Origin: a virus | Reading direction: 5' to 3' (one strand) | Length of the DNA: 53,878 bases | Virus record (IMG/VR): IMGVR_UViG_3300013232_000048 | Shown here: positions 35,795-41,667 of the stretch, in pieces | Numbering within the stretch: the first letter of the stretch is position 1 | How the letters are laid out: each line of letters begins with the position of its first letter | The notes under the pieces: generated by a model | Seen by the model: the letters and a program-made list of their open reading frames with translations, nothing else | Database searches by the model: none | Told to the model about the DNA's origin: nothing | Program-made: the position numbers and the translations under genes

Positions 35795-35990
35795 TCTCAA
35801 CACGGAAGAGTGCATGTTTTACATTCATGCGGTTGGGAGTTCGATTCTCCCCTATCCCACCACTTTACGGGACAAAAAATCATATCTTGTCCAAGATGTT
35901 AACTGCATATAAATCTTGTCCCGCCACTTTATGCCACTGAAACCTCATGAGTCATCCCGTGTCATGAACGGGATATGGTGGCACCACTTT
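35795..35990 (+). repeat. three tandem minihelix-CCA units (CCACTTTAYGSS repeated)
   Basis: The hairpins GGGAG-TTCGATT-CTCCC, CGGGACAA...TTGTCCCG and ATCCCGT...ACGGGAT are each followed by CCACTTTA(C/T)G(G/C)(G/C). They resemble T-arm/acceptor remnants of tRNAs. Confidence 0.45.
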
Positions 35991-36069
35991 ATGCCGCTCT
36001 ACACAATCACATAAACGAATTGAGTAAATATAATAAGTAGTTTAGTGGTAGTACACTCTATGTATAACC

Positions 36070-36528
36070 ATGAACTGTAAAAAATGTGATAAGCCGTTTT
36101 CTATTTGAGTATGGATAGATGGAAAGCAAAAAAATCTTCAACGTAGAAAATATTGTCTCGAATGTTCTCCGTTTGGAAAACATAATACTCGTAACCTTAC
36201 AAAGGGTCCATCGCCTCCGAAAATTTGTACGGTCTGTGGCAATCCTTTTTTTCAAAAAGGAACGTGTTGCGGATCATGTAGGGTAACTAAATGGAGGCAA
36301 GACAAAAAACGACGACTTGTTGAATATAAAGGTGGCAAATGTCAATCGTGTGGATATGTTAGGTGTATTGATAATCTGACATTTCATCATCTCGATTCGT
36401 CTAAGAAAGATTTCATTATAAGCGGTACAAGTAAAGCATTTGAAACTTTGAAAGCAGAAACCGATAAATGCGTTCTATTGTGTCGCAATTGTCATGGAGA
36501 AGTCCATGCAGGAATGTTGACAGTTTAA
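36070..36528 (+). pseudogene. HNH endonuclease gene interrupted by an in-frame TGA at codon 13
   Basis: MNCKKCDKPFSI-TGA-VWIDGKQ...KGGKCQSCGY...FHHLDSSKKDF...LLCRNCHGEVH. The full HNH motif is intact downstream, there is no alternative start after the TGA, and TGA is used as a stop elsewhere. Confidence 0.5.
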
Positions 36529-36529
36529 T

Positions 36530-36675
36530 TCTCCTCTAGCTCAATGGTAGAGCGTTCGGCTGTGCGGTCTGATATAGTCTATACAAGGTTGTCCCGAGGG
36601 ACGATGCAGAGTGCAAAACTCTAAGACCGGAAGTTAACCGAATGGTTGCACGTTCAAGTCGTGCGGGGAGAGCCA
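36530..36675 (+). tRNA. tRNA (probably Asn-GUU) with about 71-nt insertion in the anticodon loop
   Basis: Acceptor TCTCCTC/GGGGAGA, D-arm TAGCTCAATGGTAGAGC and T-arm GCACG-TTCAAGT-CGTGC. The anticodon stem TTCGG...CCGAA encloses CT[...71 nt...]GTTAA. Removing the insert leaves CTGTTAA. Confidence 0.5.
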
Positions 36676-36682
36676 ACTTTAC

Positions 36683-36715
36683 TTGCAAGTTTAACATTCA
36701 ATTGCAAGTTTAACT
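36683..36715. repeat. direct repeat TTGCAAGTTTAAC x2
   Basis: TTGCAAGTTTAACattcaaTTGCAAGTTTAAC. Confidence 0.7.
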
Positions 36716-36974
36716 TTACGGGCGGCGTATGAAGTTCTAATCGTGTCATCAATTGATATAGCTAGTTGATTGATTGTAAAAAATCCGTACCGAATCATAA
36801 CTACGAGTTAACCCGCCCACCAATTTGCACCAGTTCAGGATTGTATGGCTTCCAGCCTAGCACAGGCGAAGTAACGAAGTCGGGGTTCTGAGTGCTCTGG
36901 TTGCAATATTTTGACACATAGACGTTACATGGTTGACATTAAATTGTAATAGAGGTTTGATATATTATGATGTA

Positions 36975-37154
36975 TGAAAACATGTAAACATTTTAGATAC
37001 CAAATACCAGAAGATGAAGCAAATGCACTGCGAATCTTAGATGAAGAACATTGCATTGTATGTGATATTCGTCCACGTCATATATTTTGTGAAAATCGTG
37101 GGCAATATGTTTTCATTCCGAAACTTTTCAACACCGAAAAACAACGATGATCAT
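36975..37154 (+). CDS. small Cys-containing protein (59 aa)
   Basis: MKTCKHFRYQ...HCIVCD...HIFCEN, preceded by a TTGACA...-10 promoter-like sequence at 36934. Confidence 0.3.
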
Positions 37155-37269
37155 CGGGTTCCCGCAAGGGACGCATGTTGAAAGAGGGATGCGTTAGCCT
37201 CTCAAAAAAATCGCTTCAATTTATCATACCCTAGCCGCCTCTTAACAATGCGTAATTGCCGGGGTGTTT

Positions 37270-37344
37270 CAGGTGCGTGTTGTAATAGTAGCATCTTTCG
37301 CTGTGAACGAAACGGCATGGGAGCGTAACCCATCCACCTGACCA
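37270..37344 (+). tRNA. tRNA with anticodon GUG but A73 and no G-1 (His-like anticodon with a non-His acceptor); T-loop AGCGTAA
   Basis: Acceptor CAGGTGC/CCACCTG with one mismatch. Anticodon arm TTTCG-CTGTGAA-CGAAA. T-arm ATGGG-AGCGTAA-CCCAT. Confidence 0.5.
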
Positions 37345-37602
37345 ATTTCTCCAAACATTACCACCCATAAACAGATAGTCTATAGCTCCCTCTGTATTGG
37401 TTAATTGGTGGACTCCCCTGAAAGTCGCTCTTTCTTCTTGGAGTGGTGCGGAGAATTCACTTTCTCAGTGACGGAGCCAACGTCCAGTGAAGCGATAAAG
37501 TTGATCACAATTCATGAACTTGTTTCTAGCTGTCGTAACGATGCCTAAATTGGCGCAAGCCATCGTGGGTAGTAGTTTGGGCATGACTGAGATTTACAAA
37601 AT

Positions 37603-37679
37603 GCACCCGTGGTGATAATGGAATCATTCCACGCTTCGAACGTGGAGAACAACAAGTTCGATCCTTGTCGGGTGTACCA
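37603..37679 (+). tRNA. tRNA-Arg(UCG)
   Basis: Acceptor GCACCCG/CGGGTGT. D-arm GGTGATAATGGAATCAT. Anticodon arm CCACG-CTTCGAA-CGTGG. T-arm ACAAG-TTCGATC-CTTGT. Confidence 0.65.
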
Positions 37680-37743
37680 CTTTAGCTTGAAAATAGTAGC
37701 GGTATTCTTGTGGTTTATACTACTTCAGTTATATGTATGATAT

Positions 37744-38325
37744 ATGCAAAAAGAAATTTTGGAAAAATTAGTAAGCAGTGGATTATCTACAACTGAAATA
37801 GGAAAGCGAGTAAATTTAAGTCAATCCGGTATTCGACACTGGTTGAAAAAATATAATCTCAAAACTGTTCCACGTCAAAGTCTGGAAAATAGATTTAAGT
37901 ATTCTGATTCCGTATTATTAGATATATGGAACCGCAGTGATTCTATAAATCAATTTTTATTGGCTTTAGGAGTAGGAAACAGTGGTGGGGCATGGTATCA
38001 TTATAAAAGGAGATTGGTAACATTGGGAATTGATTTGTCCGATTGTACTCTTAATGGTAGAAGTCGTGGAGGGCTTACAACAGCAAAGTTTAGAAACAAA
38101 GAAACCATTAAAAAAAGAATTAGGCTTAAAAGATTGACATTGAAAAAGTCAATGGATTTAGAAAACGTAATATATGCTTGTATCAAGTGTTCTTTATCTG
38201 AGTGGAAAGGAAAGAAATTAAAGCTTCATATTCATCATAAGAACCATGATAAAACAGATAACAGGATAGATAATTTGGAATATTTATGTCCCAATTGTCA
38301 CAGCATAACACATTATACAGAATGA
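37744..38325 (+). CDS. HNH homing endonuclease with N-terminal HTH
   Basis: LSTTEIGKRVNLSQSGIRHWL (HTH) ... CIKCSLSEW...HIHHKNHDKTDNRIDNLEYLCPNCHSITH. Confidence 0.8.
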   Translation: MQKEILEKLVSSGLSTTEIGKRVNLSQSGIRHWLKKYNLKTVPRQSLENRFKYSDSVLLDIWNRSDSINQFLLALGVGNSGGAWYHYKRRLVTLGIDLSDCTLNGRSRGGLTTAKFRNKETIKKRIRLKRLTLKKSMDLENVIYACIKCSLSEWKGKKLKLHIHHKNHDKTDNRIDNLEYLCPNCHSITHYTE

Positions 38326-38332
38326 TTTGTAT

Positions 38333-38407
38333 CTGGATGTAACATAGAAGTTTATGTGCTGCTCTGAAAAAGCAGAAATGAAGGAGCGTTACCTTCCATC
38401 CAGGCCA
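38333..38407 (+). tRNA. tRNA-Phe(GAA); T-loop AGCGTTA
   Basis: Acceptor CTGGATG/CATCCAG. D-stem ACAT/ATGT. Anticodon arm CTGCT-CTGAAAA-AGCAG. T-arm GAAGG-AGCGTTA-CCTTC. Confidence 0.6.
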
Positions 38408-38413
38408 ATTTAT

Positions 38414-38489
38414 GGGAATGTAGTGTATAGTAACACGCTTACTAACAGTTCGAGAAGCGGAGTATAACTTACCTCCGTCATTTCCACCA
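38414..38489 (+). tRNA. tRNA-like gene, anticodon unresolved
   Basis: Acceptor GGGAATG/CATTTCC-A-CCA with D-stem GTGT/ACAC, but the anticodon and T arms do not fold canonically. Confidence 0.3.
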
Positions 38490-38493
38490 TTTT

Positions 38494-38568
38494 TGGCGAA
38501 TGCTGAAGTACAAGGCATTTGGAGAAGTCCCTAAACAAGGATGAGGGGTTCGAATCCCCAGTTCGCCA
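38494..38568 (+). tRNA. tRNA-like gene, anticodon unresolved; no encoded CCA
   Basis: Acceptor TGGCGAA/TTCGCCA is perfect. T-arm AGGGG-TTCGAAT-CCCCA. The possible anticodon loop is 8 nt. Confidence 0.35.
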
Positions 38569-38578
38569 AATTCAATTT

Positions 38579-38712
38579 AGATGCGTACAGCTAGAAAACC
38601 TCTTATGTAAACCTGCGTGTCGGTGTGTGCAAATCCACCCCTTCGGACTCGACCCGAAGGTAGCTCAGTTAGTAGAGCAGCGGGAGCCGCAAGGCAAGAA
38701 AAAAACGCATCT
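38579..38712 (+). repeat. IR element family member b (AGATGCGT ... ACGCATCT) with an internal tRNA-half-like insert
   Basis: The arms show covariation relative to member a (GCGT/ACGC versus ACAG/CTGT). The insert contains CCTTCGG-ACTCGAC-CCGAAGG followed by the D-arm-like TAGCTCAGTTAGTAGAGC. Confidence 0.55.
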
Positions 38713-38723
38713 AGCTCTTTAAT

Positions 38724-38798
38724 GGTCCTGTGGTGCAAGAGAAGCACAGAAGTCTTTCAAGCTTCAGATCGTGAGTGCAATACTCCGCAGGACTACCA
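38724..38798 (+). tRNA. tRNA-Glu(UUC); T-loop GTGCAAT-like
   Basis: Acceptor GGTCCTG/CAGGACT. Anticodon arm GAAGT-CTTTCAA-GCTTC. The T-arm is poorly paired (GAGTGCAATACTC). Confidence 0.55.
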
Positions 38799-39036
38799 AT
38801 TTGGAAAAGTTAGGAGGTTGGCTTAGAGGCAGCAATCCTTAAAAGAGTGATCGAGTGCAAATGTTTATTCTTTTTCGCCCTGTGGTGACATGGGGATAGA
38901 CGCACACCTACCCGCAAGTATCGCATCGTATCTCGTCAGAGGTACAGGCAGAGCAGCAATCAATTCTACATTCGAGAGATAGAGAAAGCGGCGGTCTGAG
39001 GTCTTTGGCGTAGCAGCACACTATCTTTTCCAATTT

Positions 39037-39106
39037 GCCGAGATAGTTTAATAGCAAAACCACTGGTGACAGTGAATGATGGTTCATTTCCAATCTCTCG
39101 GCTCCA
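39037..39106 (+). tRNA. short (70-nt) tRNA-like gene, probably defective
   Basis: Acceptor GCCGAGA/TCTCGGC-T-CCA is perfect, with D-stem GTTT/AAAC. The putative anticodon hairpin has only a 4-nt loop. Confidence 0.3.
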
Positions 39107-39110
39107 ATTT

Positions 39111-39215
39111 AGATACAGACAGCAAGAAAACCTCTTAATCCAAACCAAAGGTGTGGGTTCGATTCCCATGTATAGTGTAATGGCAGCACACAGGTCAAAA
39201 GAAAAAACTGTATCT
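39111..39215 (+). repeat. IR element family member c (AGATACAG ... CTGTATCT) with a T-arm/acceptor-like insert
   Basis: Same arms as member a. The about 45-nt insert GGTGTGGGTTCGATTCCCATGTATAGTGTAATGGCAGCACACAGG looks like a T-arm followed by an acceptor 5' strand and D-arm, which is a permuted order. Confidence 0.5.
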
Positions 39216-39220
39216 AGTTC

Positions 39221-39295
39221 GCATCCATAAGTCAATTGGCAGACTGCAAGCCTTTTAAGCTTGCGATCTCGGATCGTCCCCGAGTGGATGCACCA
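39221..39295 (+). tRNA. tRNA-Lys(UUU); T-loop ATCGTCC
   Basis: Acceptor GCATCCA/TGGATGC. D-stem AGTC/GACT. Anticodon arm CAAGC-CTTTTAA-GCTTG. T-arm CTCGG-ATCGTCC-CCGAG. Confidence 0.65.
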
Positions 39296-39299
39296 ATTT

Positions 39300-39407
39300 A
39301 AGATGCCCGTTATCTACAGCAACTCCCAAAAGGAAAAGATCAATGCATATGAGCAATGACCCAGCTTGGTTCAAACCCGAGCACCCTCGCAAGAGGTTGG
39401 GCATCTT
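39300..39407 (+). repeat. IR element family member e (AAGATGCCC ... GGGCATCTT) with a T-arm-like insert
   Basis: The 9-bp arms covary relative to the other members. The interior has ACAGCAACTCCCAAAAGG and CTTGG-TTCAAAC-CCGAG. Confidence 0.5.
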
Positions 39408-39422
39408 GATTTTAGTTATTCT

Positions 39423-39508
39423 GCTACTGTGTCGTAATTGGTAAACGAGCGAGCCTGAGAAGCTCGTGCCTAAAAAGCGTGGGAGTTCGAGTCTCCCCAG
39501 TAGCACCA
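39423..39508 (+). tRNA. tRNA-Leu(GAG), class II
   Basis: Acceptor GCTACTG/CAGTAGC. Anticodon arm CGAGC-CTGAGAA-GCTCG. 13-nt variable arm. T-arm GGGAG-TTCGAGT-CTCCC. Confidence 0.65.
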
Positions 39509-39514
39509 GTTTTG

Positions 39515-39628
39515 GGCCAGTGGTGAAAATAGTTAAACACGCCGATGACCCCGGTTGAATGAGAACGATGAAGGGAGATTTCATTTAAGTCTTATTCCAA
39601 TGTAGGTGTAATTCCTGCCTGGCCCACC
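39515..39628 (+). tRNA. tRNA-like gene (114 nt) with about 40-nt extra internal sequence
   Basis: Acceptor GGGCCAG/CTGGCCC-A-CCA is perfect. D-arm GGTGAAAATAG. T-arm GTAGG-TGTAATT-CCTGC. The middle region is too long for a canonical anticodon and variable arm. Confidence 0.4.
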
Positions 39629-39689
39629 ACTTTAAGACCTCATATATCAGTCGCTAACCCAGTTAATGACCGATATACGAGACATTATT

Positions 39690-39767
39690 CAGGGTATAGT
39701 GTAGTTTGGCCAACACGTCAGTCTGGGGGACTGAAGACCGGCAGTTCGAATCTGCCTATCCTGACCA
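39690..39767 (+). tRNA. tRNA-Pro(GGG)
   Basis: Acceptor CAGGGTA/TATCCTG. D-stem GTGT/ACAC. Anticodon arm TCAGT-CTGGGGG-ACTGA. T-arm GGCAG-TTCGAAT-CTGCC. Confidence 0.65.
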
Positions 39768-39771
39768 ATTT

Positions 39772-39886
39772 GGGTGTATGGTGTAATGGATAACATACCA
39801 AAGTGAAACCGTAGCAGCCTAGGAACCAACCACGTTAGTAGCGATTCGCTTTTGCGAAGACACGGGTTCGATTCCCGTTACATCCA
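39772..39886 (+). tRNA. tRNA-like gene (115 nt) with about 40-nt extra internal sequence; no encoded CCA
   Basis: Acceptor GGGTGTA/TACATCC, D-stem GTGT/ATAC, T-arm ACGGG-TTCGATT-CCCGT. There are 62 nt between the D- and T-arms. Confidence 0.4.
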
Positions 39887-39893
39887 CCGATTT

Positions 39894-39957
39894 AAGATGC
39901 ATACAGCAACCAAAAATCTAATTCACACCTATTCTTGTGAAAAAGAAAATGCATCTT
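39894..39957 (+). repeat. IR element family member d (AAGATGCAT ... ATGCATCTT)
   Basis: The arms covary (GCAT/ATGC). The interior ACAGCAACCAAAAATC resembles member a. Confidence 0.55.
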
Positions 39958-39967
39958 GTTACTTTGT

Positions 39968-40044
39968 GGGGTCGAGGAGGAACAGCTAGACTCGCTTGCC
40001 TGTCACGCAAGAGACAGCCGGGGCAGCACCGGTCGATCCCGCCA
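39968..40044 (+). tRNA. tRNA-Asp(GUC), second copy; T-loop GGCAGCA
   Basis: Acceptor GGGGTCG/CGATCCC with G73. Anticodon arm CTTGC-CTGTCAC-GCAAG. T-arm GCCGG-GGCAGCA-CCGGT. Confidence 0.6.
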
Positions 40045-40068
40045 CTTTTGTTTGGGAATCAAAGATAG

Positions 40069-40140
40069 ACATTAGGATTGGTGTAATGGAAGCACAGCCT
40101 CACATATAGAGGAAGGATCGGTTCGATTCCGACTAATGGA
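40069..40140 (+). tRNA. tRNA-like gene, anticodon unresolved
   Basis: D-arm-like TGGTGTAATGGAAGCAC and T-arm TCGG-TTCGATT-CCGA. The acceptor pairing is imperfect. Confidence 0.3.
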
Positions 40141-40144
40141 ATTT

Positions 40145-40231
40145 GCGGGGACGCCTGCGCCCAGTGAAATCCTTTGAATGAAGATAGACGCAACTCCAAA
40201 AACGGAGGTTCAAATCCTCCCTGCCCCGCCA
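40145..40231 (+). tRNA. tRNA-like gene, anticodon unresolved
   Basis: The canonical T-arm GGAGG-TTCAAAT-CCTCC is followed by CTGCCCC-G-CCA. The 5' strand GCGGGGA pairs with a bulge. The next 80 nt contain the hairpin CCCCGCC-ATAT-GGGGCGG and a 5'-half-like segment TAGTGTCAGGGGTTAACAC. Confidence 0.3.
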
Positions 40232-40347
40232 TATGGGGCGGTAGTGTCAGGGGTTAACACGTTGGAACCGGAACATTGCTTGAAATCCTTCAATCCCATT
40301 CAATTTACCACTTGACAAATTGCTGAAGTAGTGTATGCTGTTAGTCT

Positions 40348-40548
40348 ATGAAAAAACTACGAGTTCGTAACCGGGATATCGGACGATGGGTAACAGTTAA
40401 ATGGGATGATATTGGGAGGCAAGACTGTTTACTGGTTGATGTGGATTTAGATAACAAGCGGGGAAAAGTATTCGTTCCTCACGAAAGAATGAGTACCATT
40501 GATTTGAGTCAAGTGACTGAAATCAGATCACGATTGAATGCGGCATAA
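40348..40548 (+). CDS. hypothetical small protein
   Basis: 66-aa ORF. Confidence 0.35.
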   Translation: MKKLRVRNRDIGRWVTVKWDDIGRQDCLLVDVDLDNKRGKVFVPHERMSTIDLSQVTEIRSRLNAA

Positions 40549-40852
40549 GATTTACAAAGACTCAATGGACGCTGAACCAAGGGCTATAATCCGACCCCCT
40601 CGGACTGGCCGCTTAAGTGAAATACTTGGCTCATGAGTTTAGCAAAGCATTTTGATTTCCCCACGGGTGATTGTTGTCTATACACTGTGGGGCTGACAAC
40701 AAAGCATGTGAATCATGTTGCTAATGGTGGATTGAAGAATTGGACACCGACAGGCTCCACTCCGTATCGGTTAACAGATGGGTAATATATTAACCCCGGC
40801 AAGGGGAAATTGCTTCCGCACACGCTCTCCCCATCCAGAGTAGTGCGGTATT

Positions 40853-40929
40853 CAGCGTGTAGGATAATTTGGTATTCCGCATGGTTCGGGTCCATGAGAT
40901 TGTGGGTTCAAATCCCACTACGCTGACCA
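40853..40929 (+). tRNA. tRNA-Pro(CGG)
   Basis: Acceptor CAGCGTG/TACGCTG. Anticodon arm CATGG-TTCGGGT-CCATG. T-arm GTGGG-TTCAAAT-CCCAC. Confidence 0.6.
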
Positions 40930-40936
40930 ATTTAAT

Positions 40937-41013
40937 GCTGATGTGATGCAATTGGAAGACATCAATCGCTTAGAACGATTGTTCCGCAGGTTCGAGTCCT
41001 GTCATCAGCACCA
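40937..41013 (+). tRNA. class I tRNA with anticodon UAG (a Leu-decoding anticodon on a short-variable-arm body)
   Basis: Acceptor GCTGATG/CATCAGC. Anticodon arm AATCG-CTTAGAA-CGATT. 5-nt variable loop. T-arm GCAGG-TTCGAGT-CCTGT. Confidence 0.55.
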
Positions 41014-41017
41014 TTTT

Positions 41018-41188
41018 ATGAAGAGAATACATCCGATCAAATACACGGATAAACAATGGAAACGAAAATATAGAGAATATGTTTGCTTTTGTCGGAAGTC
41101 TCCGTGGAAAATTGACGAAGAGCATATTGCTGAGTTTGACGAATTCAAGCGGAATACGTTAGACCCCAACATCAATACTGAATTATGA
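41018..41188 (+). CDS. hypothetical small protein (track ORF 40943-41188 trimmed because it overlaps the tRNA)
   Basis: MKRIHPIKYTDKQWKRKYREYVCFCRK.... Two further small ORFs of about 50 aa follow, at about 41185-41337 and 41305-41469. Confidence 0.3.
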   Translation: MKRIHPIKYTDKQWKRKYREYVCFCRKSPWKIDEEHIAEFDEFKRNTLDPNINTEL

Positions 41189-41477
41189 TTACACGAGACA
41201 AATTTGATAAGTTTCTGACGGATATTGCTCAATCAACATTGGGATTTCGTAGAAAAATTATACTCATAGAACGAGCAATTAAAAAGATAAAAGATGAGGC
41301 TAAAAATGAGCGCACAATCAAAACGAATTCAACATGAACAAGATTATGTTACTTTTCTTGAGAAACGGTTGAAGAGTAAACATTACAAAGAGCACACCAG
41401 TCCCGAAGAGTTTACCAAGACTGAGCAGAAACTTAAGAAAGCACGGTTGGTGCTTAAGATATTGAAATGATTTTTAT

Positions 41478-41563
41478 GCTAGTGTGGTGTAATTGGCAAA
41501 CACGCTACACTCAGAATGTAGAGCCGAAAGGCATTGTGGGTTCAAGTCCCTCCACTAGCACCA
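41478..41563 (+). tRNA. tRNA-Leu(CAG), class II
   Basis: Acceptor GCTAGTG/CACTAGC. Anticodon arm CTACA-CTCAGAA-TGTAG. Long variable arm. T-loop TTCAAGT. Confidence 0.65.
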
Positions 41564-41570
41564 TTTTTTC

Positions 41571-41598
41571 TTGACTTCTGTGCGGAATAGTGTATCAT
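41571..41598 (+). promoter_or_regulatory. sigma70-like promoter upstream of the MVP-like gene
   Basis: TTGACTtctgtgcggaatagtgTATCAT. Confidence 0.4.
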
Positions 41599-41667
41599 CT
41601 TAGTTTGAAAGTAAAAATACGCCCAAAATAATTTGGGAAATTCTAACAAATCAACCAATAATACGTT

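Noticed and set aside
36070-36528. Genome-wide TGA reassignment (code 4 or 25) as an explanation for the in-frame TGA
   Set aside because: Many well-supported genes here terminate with TGA at the expected place (for example 17074, 18202, 21425 and 26504), so TGA is a stop in this genome.
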